DNA from: an uncultured Nitrospinaceae bacterium
Lineage (GTDB): Bacteria; UBA8248
Reading direction: 5' to 3'
NCBI GenBank assembly: GCA_964440505.1
Contig: CAYTSP010000070.1
Location: 1-51,994, forward strand
DNA length: 51,994 bases
The notes beneath the pieces were generated by a model, which saw only the letters and a list, made by a program, of their open reading frames with translations, searched no databases and was not told the DNA's origin. Numbering within the stretch: the first letter of the stretch is position 1; each line of letters opens with the position of its first letter. The translations under genes and the position numbers were made by a program. This document shows, in pieces, positions 26,051 through 35,701 of this stretch.

Positions 26051-27268
26051 TTGAAAACTTTGCACCGATATATCCTGGGTGAATTGGTGTCCTATCTCCT
26101 CATCACCTTGTTTTTCCTTACATTCATACTCCTGCTTCATAAAATGCTCCAATTCACGGATTTGGTGGTTAACCGCGGAATTCCACTATCAATCGTGGCG
26201 CAATTTCTTTTCGCCGCCTTGCCCGTTCTTCTCCTTATTACCTTGCCGATGTCCACCCTGATTTCGAGCATCATGGTGTTCAGCCGCCTCTCGAGCGACA
26301 GCGAATCCTTGGCGATGACCGCTTCAGGCATGACCTTCTATTCTCAACTCATCCCCGTGGGAGTGGTGGCAGTAGCCACCGCCCTCCTGAGCGGTTTCCT
26401 CATGATGTTCGGGCTTCCCTGGAGTCAAAACACCACTTTGGAAGTCCGCCAACAGATGCTTCACAGTCGAGTCGCTACATTCGACCTTCAAGAGCAGGTT
26501 TTTCATGACGATTTCGATGGAATCATGTTCTATGTGCGTGAAATCGAATCGTCGGGCAAGGCAATGAAAGGCATCATGGTTTCAGACATGAGAGAGGCCG
26601 GGAATAACCGGGTCATCTTTGCCGATCGTGGCATGCTGATCAAATCCACCACATCCGCCAAAGTATGGCTGCGTCTCACCAGAGGAACCATCCACACGAT
26701 CAGCGAGCCCGAGAAGGTCTCAACCAGGAAAACCGGCGGACATGACGACTCTTCTCCCTCCAGAAACAATTATCAAATCGCGCGCTTCGGAAACTACGAT
26801 CTCAATTTTGATCTCACGAAAACCATCGGGAAAACGAAAGCGCTTCGGAGAAGCCTGCGGTCTTTCCCATTACATGAACTCAGAAACAAACTAAAAGAAC
26901 ACGAGCCGGGAACCAGCAGGTACAACGCCATTCTTGTGGAGTTATACAAGAAATTCGCGGTACCATTCACCTGCCTCATTTTAGCGTTTCTGGGGGCGCC
27001 TCTTGGCGTTCAGAACAAGCGCTCGGGACGTCACGGCGGCTTCGCCCTGAGCCTGGGCGTTCTGATCCTCTATTACCTGCTCGTTACCTTCACCGAGGGA
27101 ATGGCGGAAAGCGGACAAATCAGCGTTGCCGTCGCCGTCTGGAGCCCGAACGTATTATTGGCCCTGCTTGCGGGATACCTGGTACGAACCGCAGGATTGC
27201 GCAACACCATCGACATCCGGGGTCTGTTCCTCAAACCTTTTTCCCCCTTCAGCCGAAGCAAATCATAA
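26051..27268 (+). CDS. lptF: LPS export ABC transporter permease
   Basis: YjgP/Q layout: LHRYIL, TLPMS..S, RLSSDSE..AM.ASG, periplasmic beta domain, GAPLG, WSPNV; tandem with lptG. Confidence 0.88.
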   Translation: MKTLHRYILGELVSYLLITLFFLTFILLLHKMLQFTDLVVNRGIPLSIVAQFLFAALPVLLLITLPMSTLISSIMVFSRLSSDSESLAMTASGMTFYSQLIPVGVVAVATALLSGFLMMFGLPWSQNTTLEVRQQMLHSRVATFDLQEQVFHDDFDGIMFYVREIESSGKAMKGIMVSDMREAGNNRVIFADRGMLIKSTTSAKVWLRLTRGTIHTISEPEKVSTRKTGGHDDSSPSRNNYQIARFGNYDLNFDLTKTIGKTKALRRSLRSFPLHELRNKLKEHEPGTSRYNAILVELYKKFAVPFTCLILAFLGAPLGVQNKRSGRHGGFALSLGVLILYYLLVTFTEGMAESGQISVAVAVWSPNVLLALLAGYLVRTAGLRNTIDIRGLFLKPFSPFSRSKS

Positions 27269-27277
27269 ATTCCCGCC

Positions 27278-28366
27278 ATGACCATACTGAGCCGCTATGT
27301 CCTGAAACAGTTTTTAAGAATGGTGTTTCTTTGTCAGTCGGGAGCCATCACCCTTTTTCTGATAGCGGAGTTTATCGAGCGAATTGATGATTTTCTCGAA
27401 GCGAACGCGACCCTGACCGACGCGGCCCTGTATTTTCTGTACAAGATACCCCATCTCGTTTTTCTCTCCATACCGCTCACCACTCTGCTTGCGAGCACGT
27501 TCACGCTGATTCTTTTCGCGAGAGAAAACCAGGTTCTCGCCATGCGCGCAGGGGGCCTGAGTCTCTACCGAATCATTGCGCCCATCCTCATCGCCAGCCT
27601 GGGAATCAGCATCCTCACCTTCTTGGCGAATGAATACATCGTTCCACTCGCCAACAAGCGCGGAGAATACATCCGGCGGGTCAAGATCCAAAAAATTGGT
27701 TTGCGAACGCATATCCAGAGAGACAAAGTCTGGTATCGCTCGGAAAACAACACCATCTGGCACATTACACACTATGACCCATCTTCAGAGAAAATGAGAG
27801 GCGTTACTCTGTACCGAATGGACCCGCACAACCGCTTAACGCAACGCATTGACGCGGTTGAGGTGGTTTGGGCGCCCTTGAACAAGCATTGGGAATTCCG
27901 CAAAGGCGTAATCCATGACTTTTCTGAAGAGGGGAAAATCAACCGTGAAATTTTTGAGAAAAAAATTTTTGCGCTTGAGGAAAAACCCAATGATTTCAAA
28001 AAAACAGGCAGAAACCCGGAGACGATGAATTACCAGGAACTCACTCGCTATATTAAAAGCCTGAGTAAAAATGGCGTGGACCCGACCCGCTACATCGTAG
28101 ATATGTGGGCAAAAATTTCTGCTCCATTCATCAGTTTCGTATTGGCCTTCGTGGGTGTTTCTTTCTGCATTCGAAACAGCAGAAGCGGAGGAGTCGCTCT
28201 GGGAGTTGCCACCGCAATCGGAATCGGCGCCATATATCTCGTTTTCTTCCATGCAAGTCTTTCGTTCGGACATGCCGGACGCTTGCCACCCATCCTGGCG
28301 GCCTGGGGACCCAATGCGATTTTTCTCGCGGGAGGGACTTACTTTCTCGCCTCCATCAGGGGATAA
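27278..28366 (+). CDS. lptG: LPS export ABC transporter permease
   Basis: ILSRYVLK, ENQVLAMRAGGLS, NEYIVP, LPPILAAWGPN. Confidence 0.88.
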   Translation: MTILSRYVLKQFLRMVFLCQSGAITLFLIAEFIERIDDFLEANATLTDAALYFLYKIPHLVFLSIPLTTLLASTFTLILFARENQVLAMRAGGLSLYRIIAPILIASLGISILTFLANEYIVPLANKRGEYIRRVKIQKIGLRTHIQRDKVWYRSENNTIWHITHYDPSSEKMRGVTLYRMDPHNRLTQRIDAVEVVWAPLNKHWEFRKGVIHDFSEEGKINREIFEKKIFALEEKPNDFKKTGRNPETMNYQELTRYIKSLSKNGVDPTRYIVDMWAKISAPFISFVLAFVGVSFCIRNSRSGGVALGVATAIGIGAIYLVFFHASLSFGHAGRLPPILAAWGPNAIFLAGGTYFLASIRG

Positions 28367-28375
28367 CGCGCCAAC

Positions 28376-29461
28376 TCAAGACGAAAATGCTTTCTTTTCG
28401 ATCAAACCAGCCAAATTCATCTCATCATCAATCTTCATCACCACGCGCAGGACGCGAAGCGGCGCTTTACTCAACAAAGGAGACAGCTTCGCCGCATCCT
28501 TCTCCGTAGTGAGAATGAAATCGGCCCCGGTCTTCTGCAGCGACGAAACGAGCCGCACGCCATCCGCCAAAGCGTAATGGGCATGATCCGGATACCCGTG
28601 ATGCACAATGATCTCGACATCCAGCGATTCAAGCATTTTCTCGAAACCATGCGGATTGCCCAGGCCGCTGACAGCAACGACCCCGGCGCCTTTCAATTCA
28701 TCCGGTGAGCCTATTTTCTCGCCCCGTGAATCCAGGAGCGCATCGGGCTCAAGGTGGCCTGTGGACACCGGAATATCCGGCACAAGAGACTGAATTTCCC
28801 GTCTCGTTCGGTCGGCGCATTCGCCCGTCACCAAAACGGCGTCGGCACGCTTCAGGGCCGAAACCGACTCCCTGAGGACACCCGCCGGGATCACCCGGCC
28901 ATTTCCAAAAGGACAATCCCCGCGCAAGACCACCACATCCATATCCCGGTGAAGAGCCAGATGCTGAAACCCATCGTCGAGGACAACAACATCCGCTCCG
29001 AATTCCTCTACCGCCTTTTTCGCAACGAACGAACGGTCCGCACCGGTTAAAACGAGGAGGTCGGGATAGCGGCGGGCAAGCATCGCCGCCTCATCGGCGG
29101 CCGGCGGCGCGGCCATCAGGCTTCCCTTCCCGTCGCCCACAACCATCACATCCTTGGGCCTCCCGCCATAACCCCTGCTCACGACAGCGGGCTTCCGGCC
29201 TCCCAAGGTCAGTTTTTCCACGAGCCAGGCGACTGTGGGCGTCTTTCCCGTCCCCCCAAGCGTGAGGTTCCCGATCGAAATGACAGGTACTGGATTTTTC
29301 GAGACACCGGCCTTCCCGGATTCATAACGCCGGCGTCGATGCGCCATTGCAGCGCCATAGAGACTTCCCAGGGGACCGAGGCTCTTCGTCAATACACGAG
29401 ACCATGCAGGAGATGAAGGATTGCCCTCCCAGGCCTGCAGGATTCCGCGCCGAAAACTCAT
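28376..29461 (-). CDS. lpxK: Tetraacyldisaccharide 4'-kinase
   Basis: PVISIGNLTLGGTGKTP, VSRGYG, DEA, LDDGFQH, TTEKDAAK. Confidence 0.95.
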   Translation of the reverse strand: MSFRRGILQAWEGNPSSPAWSRVLTKSLGPLGSLYGAAMAHRRRRYESGKAGVSKNPVPVISIGNLTLGGTGKTPTVAWLVEKLTLGGRKPAVVSRGYGGRPKDVMVVGDGKGSLMAAPPAADEAAMLARRYPDLLVLTGADRSFVAKKAVEEFGADVVVLDDGFQHLALHRDMDVVVLRGDCPFGNGRVIPAGVLRESVSALKRADAVLVTGECADRTRREIQSLVPDIPVSTGHLEPDALLDSRGEKIGSPDELKGAGVVAVSGLGNPHGFEKMLESLDVEIIVHHGYPDHAHYALADGVRLVSSLQKTGADFILTTEKDAAKLSPLLSKAPLRVLRVVMKIDDEMNLAGLIEKKAFSS

Positions 29462-30729
29462 GCGGCGCCCCTGTCCGAACCCGCCAGAACCTGGACGATG
29501 TATTCCGCGGTTCGCTCGGAGGCGCCCTGGTTGCTCTGCACTACCCGGCGGGCCGCTTCACCTGCCCTGCTCCGCGATTCCGGATCGTCCAGCCATTTCA
29601 TGACGGCGCCCTCCAGATTCTCCCGCCCGTTCAGTTGAATCGCGCCGCCTTGTCTGACCATCTCGCACATGACCTCGGCGAAATTCTCCATGTGGGGGCC
29701 GCACAGGCATGGCACCGCCCAGCGCGCCGCTTCTATCGGGTTCTGACCGCCATGGGGAATGAAACTTCCACCGATGATCGCCATCGCCGCGCACCCATAG
29801 GCGTCCGCGAGCTCTCCCATCACATCCAGAATGACCACTTGATGCTCGCCGCCCGTATCTTGAATCTGGCTCCACCTCACGGGAGAAATGCCTGCGTTTC
29901 GCAAGTCCGCTTCTGCCTGGGCCACCCTCTCCATATGGCGGGGCGCGAGGAGGAGACCCACTTCCGGCATTTTCCGATGAATAGATGCCATCACCTCTCC
30001 AATCAGTTTCTCTTCTCCAGGGTGCGTGCTGCCGGCCACGATGACGTGCCGACACGCGCCCAGGCCATACGCCCCATACGGGGGTTCCTGAAGCGGCACA
30101 GGCGCGTCGAATTTGATGTTCCCTGCAACCCGCACGGAAGTCGCGCCCAAAGCCAGAAACCTTTCGGCGTCCGCTTCCCCACGCACCAGCACGTCCGTGA
30201 AACACCCGAGAACCGAAGAGAAAAAAAACTGAAAGCGTTTGTAACGATGATACGAACGCTCGGAGAGCCTCCCGTTGACAATGGATACCGGTATCTTCCC
30301 CCTTGCGGCCTCCGCCACGAGATTCGGCCATATCTCCGTCTCTATGAGCGCGATCATCGACGGCCGGATGCGCTTCAGGGCGGAACGGACTATCAAAGGG
30401 AAATCCAAGGGCAAGTAAATGAGATGCTCCAGGCCTGAGATTTTTCCGGCCTCGTTTCTGCCTGTCTGGGTCACCGTGGAAAGAACGATTTTGAGCTTCG
30501 GCTTCTTTTTCAAAAGCGCAGGTATCAAGACGGCAGCCACACCCACTTCCCCCACAGAGACGGCATGCAGCCAAAGACGCCCTCCCCCCGCATCGGGCAA
30601 TTCGGGCAGAAACCCGAACCTTTCACGTACAGCCCTGAGATCAAACCCCCGAAACCACAGGCGAATCAAAAAATACACGAGCAATGCGGGCGAGATGAGA
30701 AGAATGACGACATTGTAGAAAAACAACAT
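29458..30729 (-). CDS. waaA: Kdo transferase
   Basis: LWLHAVSVGEV, YLPLD, ETEIWPN, NGRLS, GNIKFD, AGSTH, APRH, GGQNPIE. Confidence 0.95.
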   Translation of the reverse strand: MLFFYNVVILLISPALLVYFLIRLWFRGFDLRAVRERFGFLPELPDAGGGRLWLHAVSVGEVGVAAVLIPALLKKKPKLKIVLSTVTQTGRNEAGKISGLEHLIYLPLDFPLIVRSALKRIRPSMIALIETEIWPNLVAEAARGKIPVSIVNGRLSERSYHRYKRFQFFFSSVLGCFTDVLVRGEADAERFLALGATSVRVAGNIKFDAPVPLQEPPYGAYGLGACRHVIVAGSTHPGEEKLIGEVMASIHRKMPEVGLLLAPRHMERVAQAEADLRNAGISPVRWSQIQDTGGEHQVVILDVMGELADAYGCAAMAIIGGSFIPHGGQNPIEAARWAVPCLCGPHMENFAEVMCEMVRQGGAIQLNGRENLEGAVMKWLDDPESRSRAGEAARRVVQSNQGASERTAEYIVQVLAGSDRGAA

Positions 30730-30736
30730 GAGCGGC

Positions 30737-31468
30737 TTATTTCCCCTCCATGTTCTTCAGGTAGTACTGCGCCTCCTCATTCGCATTGATGAGCCGCTTT
30801 TCGATTTCTGCGCGCTTTGCCTCCAATTCCCCCTTGTCCCGGGTTCGCGGCACTTCCAGAGGCTCTCCACAACAAACAGCGATTCTCCCGAACGGCAAAG
30901 GGAAAATCGTCTTGTCCCATGTGGGGATGGTGAAGAAGCGCGATGCCGAAAAGGCGACCGGGCAAATCGGATATCCTGTGAGGCTCGCCAAAGATATGAT
31001 CCCCATCTTAACCCTCTGCGGAGGACCCTTCGGGCCGTCAGGCGTGATGACGAGTTGGTGCTCCCCTTGTTTCGCCACTCTGACCATCTGCCGAACCGCG
31101 GCGGCTCCGCCTTTATCCGTCCCATCAAAAGAAGAGGAAGAGCCTCTCACGCATCGGGTATTGAACCGCGACAACACCTGGGCGAGTAATTCTCCGTCAC
31201 GGCTTCGACTCGCCATACACGTGAGGTGATAGTTATTCGGATTAATAAAGGCGGGCAGCCCCAAATGATGATGCCAGAGCGCCCAGATGAATTTTTCATG
31301 GAGCTTGCGGCTCATTTTTTCATTCGATTCCGTTTTCGGCACAATTGTCGACGAAGTGGCATAGACCGCTTTCAGATAACCCGCGATGACCACGCCGCCC
31401 AGCCACGCAGAAAGCGGCGCGTCGGGATTCCTGCCCCATTCATCATAAGCGATTGAATCTTCACTCAT
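30737..31468 (-). CDS. DUF374/lysophospholipid acyltransferase family protein (LpxJ-like lipid A late acyltransferase candidate)
   Basis: ALWH, ASRSRDGE, VRGSS, ITPDGPKGP, WDK..FPLPFG; located between lpxB and waaA. Start moved to ATG 31468. Confidence 0.85.
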   Translation of the reverse strand: MSEDSIAYDEWGRNPDAPLSAWLGGVVIAGYLKAVYATSSTIVPKTESNEKMSRKLHEKFIWALWHHHLGLPAFINPNNYHLTCMASRSRDGELLAQVLSRFNTRCVRGSSSSFDGTDKGGAAAVRQMVRVAKQGEHQLVITPDGPKGPPQRVKMGIISLASLTGYPICPVAFSASRFFTIPTWDKTIFPLPFGRIAVCCGEPLEVPRTRDKGELEAKRAEIEKRLINANEEAQYYLKNMEGK

Positions 31469-31469
31469 G

Positions 31470-32666
31470 CTACCCGTCCTGCGCTTCAAAACCGAGTTCC
31501 GCCGCGATGTGCGCCGCGGCGCATTCATAGGGGTTCATCCCTTCCAGGGCGTTTTGAATCCTCTCGAAAACACCGACCTGCCTCGCTCGCACCTCATCAT
31601 TCAGAAGCACTTCCCTCAAGGCGTTTGCAACAGGCTGCGCGCGCACCTGGTTTTGACACAACTCGGGAACCGCCTCATGGCCGGACAATAAATTCACCAG
31701 GCTCGCATAATCCACCTGAATCAAAAAATACTTGATCAGCGTATACGAAAGAATATCCGCGGCATACAGAACAACCATCGGTACACCCAGGAGAGCCGTC
31801 TCGAGAGAAGCCGTGCCGCTCGCTACGACTACGGCGTCGGCTGCGCGAATCACTTTTTTTGAATCACCCCTGACAGGCCGTATTTCCAACCCAGATGGTT
31901 TCAAGCGGTTCGAAACGTACCCTTCAGGCAACGAAATCGCCTCTGAAATCAAAAAGCGCAATCCCGGCGTTTCCGCATGGATTATCTTTACCGCATCTAT
32001 CATGGCATCCACGTGAGAGTCGATTTCCTTGAGGCGACTGCCCGGGAGAAGCGAAATCACCTTGTCGTCCATCGGTATGCCCAGCGTGCGTCTGGCCGTT
32101 TCTTTCGAAGGCGCATCTCGAAGTTCATAGGCGATGGGGTTACCAATGAACACGGCTTTCCCGCCCAAGTCGTTAAAAATACGAGGTTCGAACGGAAATA
32201 TGTTCAAGGCCAGATCAAAATCATTCGCAATGGTACGAGCGCGGCCTTTCCACCAGGCCCATACCTGTGGCGTGATGAAATATATGCATTTTGGCGTTTG
32301 CGGCAGTTTGCGCACAGAACGCGCGCACGAAAGATTGAATCCCGGATAATCTACAAAAATGACTGCTTTCGGCTTTTGATTCGAGATCCTGCTCAGTAGA
32401 TTTTTCTTGATTTTTCGCAGCTTGGGATAGATTCGGGGAATGCCGGCGAAACCAACGATAGATATATCACCGATGTCCTGAAATAACTCCACACCCGCCT
32501 CGGCCATCAATTGCCCACCCATTCCGGATAGTTGGAGGTCGGGTATCCTGGCGGCAAGCGCTTTCACTAAATTCGCGGCGTGAACATCTCCAGATGCCTC
32601 TCCGGCGACAACAATGACGTCGTTTGTCGAACGTTCATCCCTGTTCATTTTCCGACCAGCCGACAA
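31470..32666 (-). CDS. lpxB: Lipid-A-disaccharide synthase
   Basis: VAGEASGD, VDYPGFN, PQVWAW, IFPFE, GNP, LLPGSR..E, ASGTASLE. Start may be 32648. Confidence 0.95.
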   Translation of the reverse strand: MSAGRKMNRDERSTNDVIVVAGEASGDVHAANLVKALAARIPDLQLSGMGGQLMAEAGVELFQDIGDISIVGFAGIPRIYPKLRKIKKNLLSRISNQKPKAVIFVDYPGFNLSCARSVRKLPQTPKCIYFITPQVWAWWKGRARTIANDFDLALNIFPFEPRIFNDLGGKAVFIGNPIAYELRDAPSKETARRTLGIPMDDKVISLLPGSRLKEIDSHVDAMIDAVKIIHAETPGLRFLISEAISLPEGYVSNRLKPSGLEIRPVRGDSKKVIRAADAVVVASGTASLETALLGVPMVVLYAADILSYTLIKYFLIQVDYASLVNLLSGHEAVPELCQNQVRAQPVANALREVLLNDEVRARQVGVFERIQNALEGMNPYECAAAHIAAELGFEAQDG

Positions 32667-33465
32667 CGATGATGCCCGTTGCGTCGGCTTCCCGTATCAA
32701 GCGCTCGCGATCGATGAGAAATGTTCGCTCCGCTTCCAGAATCAATGCCGAAACGCCACCTTCGCGCATCACTTGCAGGGTCTCGGGTCCCACTGCAGGA
32801 ACGTCATAGCGCATATCCTGCTTCGGACGGGCCACCTTGCAAACAACAACCCCTTTCCCGGCGAGAGCGCATCCCCTTCGAATCGCCTCATTCGTACCTT
32901 CGACACCTTCCACGGCAACCACCGTCCCCTTGTGGACCACCACGGTCTGGCCGATATCCAGCGCCGCAACGCTCCGGGCCATCTGAAACGCATATTCGGC
33001 GTCTTTTCGCTGATTCTGGCGCAACTTCTTTTTCGTTATACCCCCTGACGGGGTAATGAGATGCTCGAGATATTTTGTTTGGGCTATCACCTTCATTCCG
33101 TTTTCTTCCACAAACTCAATAACGGCATCCATGATCGTTGCATCGGCCGTATTCTTGGCGCTTTTCATGAAGCGCAAAACGGTCAAATCGAAGCGCAAAG
33201 ATTGAAATAAAATGCTTTTCTCCACCTTTCCGACGAGCCCTATTTCTTCAACACCCTCATCACTGAAAAACCGGATGATTTTATTCGGCTGGGTGGGAGG
33301 GATGTGAATTACGGAATCCGCCTCAGATGACAGCGTTTCCTCGATTTCAGCGGACAACGCCACAACGGACACATGCTTGCCCTGTTTTTTCGCGCAGGAA
33401 ACAAACTCGGAAGACAAACCGCCCGAACCTGCAACGAGGCCAATTCTCTCTGGGGAATCCGACAT
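32635..33465 (-). CDS. lpxI: UDP-2,3-diacylglucosamine pyrophosphatase LpxI
   Basis: IGLVAGSG.L, LDIGQTVVV, AVEGVEGTNE.IRR, KVARPKQDMRYDVPAVG. Confidence 0.92.
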   Translation of the reverse strand: MSDSPERIGLVAGSGGLSSEFVSCAKKQGKHVSVVALSAEIEETLSSEADSVIHIPPTQPNKIIRFFSDEGVEEIGLVGKVEKSILFQSLRFDLTVLRFMKSAKNTADATIMDAVIEFVEENGMKVIAQTKYLEHLITPSGGITKKKLRQNQRKDAEYAFQMARSVAALDIGQTVVVHKGTVVAVEGVEGTNEAIRRGCALAGKGVVVCKVARPKQDMRYDVPAVGPETLQVMREGGVSALILEAERTFLIDRERLIREADATGIIVVGWSENEQG

Positions 33466-33473
33466 GGGAAGTG

Positions 33474-34445
33474 TTAGTGAGTCGAGGGCATCGTGCTTTT
33501 CAGCATCTCTACGACACGAAGGGCAACCTCCAAAGACCGTAATTCTTTTTCCGGATCAGAAACAACATCCAGGAGCTGCACCGATTGCAAGAAATGCCGC
33601 AATTCCAGCTTGAGCGGATTGCCTTTATGAACAAATACCCTTTCCACTTGAAATTGTTCGCGATATTTGAGTTCCTCACGGGTCAATTGGTGTTCGCTCA
33701 TCGCTTGACGGTGAATTCTGAGTTCCTGGTCCGCATAATCAAGCGTAATAAACGCGTCCGGTTGAGATACGGAAAGCGTCCTGATCTTGTTCTGCGTCAT
33801 CCGGCTTGCTGTCAGGTTCGCCAGACATCCATTGGCAAAGCAAATCTGCACATTCGCCACGTCATCCCGATCAGAGAAAACACTCGCGCCGGCTGCCGAG
33901 AGCAAATCGATCTCCTCATCCACCAGCCTTAAAACGATGTCGAGATCGTGAATCATCAAGTCGAGCACAACTCCATCTTCCCGTACTCTCGGCGAGAAGG
34001 GCCCTAACCTGCGGCATTCAATCAGGGTGGGAGCATCTACAATGTTACCCAACTCCTGAACGGCCCCGTTGAACCGTTCCACATGTCCGATATGAAGAAC
34101 CAGATTGTTTTTGGTGGCCATGTCGAACAGTCTGCGAGCATCATCCATCGTTGTACAAATGGGCTTCTCTACCAATACATGAATGTGATTTTCAAGGAAT
34201 ATCCGGGACACCTCAAAATGCTGCAAGGTGGGAACAGCGATAGCAACCGCATCCACACGACCGATCAGATCGACGGGATCAGAAAACGCTTCCGCTCCAT
34301 ATCTATCAGCCAGTTCTCGGGCGCGACTGGGAACCAAGTCACAAACAGCCACCAAATTCACGTCCAACAGCTCGGAAAGCGCAGCCACATGATAGCTGCC
34401 CATATGGCCAACACCAACGACGCCAACTCGCAGAGAATCCAGCAT
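33474..34445 (-). CDS. Gfo/Idh/MocA oxidoreductase, GnnA-like (UDP-GlcNAc 3-dehydrogenase candidate)
   Basis: VGVGHMGSYH, AVPT..H, VEKP, GHVERFN, VVLDLMIHDLD, ASR; located between lpxA and lpxI/lpxB. Confidence 0.85.
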   Translation of the reverse strand: MLDSLRVGVVGVGHMGSYHVAALSELLDVNLVAVCDLVPSRARELADRYGAEAFSDPVDLIGRVDAVAIAVPTLQHFEVSRIFLENHIHVLVEKPICTTMDDARRLFDMATKNNLVLHIGHVERFNGAVQELGNIVDAPTLIECRRLGPFSPRVREDGVVLDLMIHDLDIVLRLVDEEIDLLSAAGASVFSDRDDVANVQICFANGCLANLTASRMTQNKIRTLSVSQPDAFITLDYADQELRIHRQAMSEHQLTREELKYREQFQVERVFVHKGNPLKLELRHFLQSVQLLDVVSDPEKELRSLEVALRVVEMLKSTMPSTH

Positions 34446-34474
34446 GGGCTTTTAACCTCTTAAAAAACCTGCCC

Positions 34475-35257
34475 TTATACGCGACCTTGATAGATGCCGT
34501 TCTTCGAATTGCGCACGAATTCTACCACGGATTGAATTTCCGCTCCTAATGGCGCTTGCGCTTCTATTATTTCTATTTTTTGCGCCATTGTACCGGTTTC
34601 GTTGAAAAGGATTTTATACGCCCTCTTGATGTCCGCTCTCACTTCAGCCGAAACGCCTCTTCTGCGCAAACCGACCACATTCAGTCCAACCACACGAAAA
34701 GGAGTGCCCGCCATTTTAACGAACGGAGGCACGTCTTTCCTCACCGCAATGGGACCTACCAGAATCGAACCCTCACCGACCTGCATACGCTGATGCACGC
34801 CGATGAAATTGGATATGAAACATTTTTCCCCGACTTCCACATGCCCTCCCAGGGAGCAATGATTCACCAGGACCGTCTCATCACCCACGCGGCAATCGTG
34901 ACCCACATGCGCACCGACCATGATGTAGCATTTTCCGCCTATTACCGTGTTTTGGCCCTGATACATAGAACGGTGGATTGTCGCCGTTTCACGGACAACC
35001 GTACCCGCTCCGATTTCGACCCCGCCTGAATCCTGTGGCAAATCGACAATTTGCGCTTCCAGGCCGATAACGGCATTCGGAAAAATCCGGCACCCCTCAC
35101 CTATAACGGCAGGTCCTTGAATGGTCGCGTTCGGCCCGATTTCACATCCATCCCCAAGAATCACGTTTGCGCCCACAAAAGCCCCCGGAGCGATTTTCAA
35201 ACCATTCCCGAGTTGTGCTTCCGGGTCGATATGAGAAGTGGGGGCTATAGCGTTCAA
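34475..35257 (-). CDS. lpxA: Acyl-ACP--UDP-N-acetylglucosamine acyltransferase
   Basis: Hexapeptide repeats, RETATIHR, AHVGHDC (catalytic His), GGHV, VHQ, KDVPPF, GLNVVGLRRRG; TTG start. Confidence 0.93.
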   Translation of the reverse strand: MNAIAPTSHIDPEAQLGNGLKIAPGAFVGANVILGDGCEIGPNATIQGPAVIGEGCRIFPNAVIGLEAQIVDLPQDSGGVEIGAGTVVRETATIHRSMYQGQNTVIGGKCYIMVGAHVGHDCRVGDETVLVNHCSLGGHVEVGEKCFISNFIGVHQRMQVGEGSILVGPIAVRKDVPPFVKMAGTPFRVVGLNVVGLRRRGVSAEVRADIKRAYKILFNETGTMAQKIEIIEAQAPLGAEIQSVVEFVRNSKNGIYQGRV

Positions 35258-35260
35258 TGT

Positions 35261-35701
35261 CTATCGAGGGCGGGGAGTAGCATAGGCGGTGAAAAGACCT
35301 TCGGCGGCGATTTGCTCCCCTACAAACGCCCGTCCTTCAAATTTCCATATAGCCCGTTTGTTTTTCAGGAGTTTTGCGTGCAGCTGCAACAAATCACCCG
35401 GGACAACCGGACGCCTGAATTTTACCTGCTCGATACCAGTGAAGAAAAAGTCACCGCCCGGATCAATCAATTTCAACTCGAACAGGCATATCAAACCGGT
35501 CTGCGCCAACGCTTCGATGAGCAATACACCCGGCATGATGGGATTGCCCGGGAAGTGACCATCCAGACATGGTTCATCTTTCGTGATTTTTTTCTGGGCT
35601 ACAACAGAAATTTCTTCCGGGTCGAGTGCCGTCACCTGATCGACGAAAAGAAACGGGTCCCGGTGCGGGATTAACTCTTGTATTCGCCGGCTATCCATCA
35701 T
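35261..35701 (-). CDS. fabZ: 3-hydroxyacyl-ACP dehydratase
   Basis: [42 protein letters not shown]. Confidence 0.95.
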   Translation of the reverse strand: MMDSRRIQELIPHRDPFLFVDQVTALDPEEISVVAQKKITKDEPCLDGHFPGNPIMPGVLLIEALAQTGLICLFELKLIDPGGDFFFTGIEQVKFRRPVVPGDLLQLHAKLLKNKRAIWKFEGRAFVGEQIAAEGLFTAYATPRPR

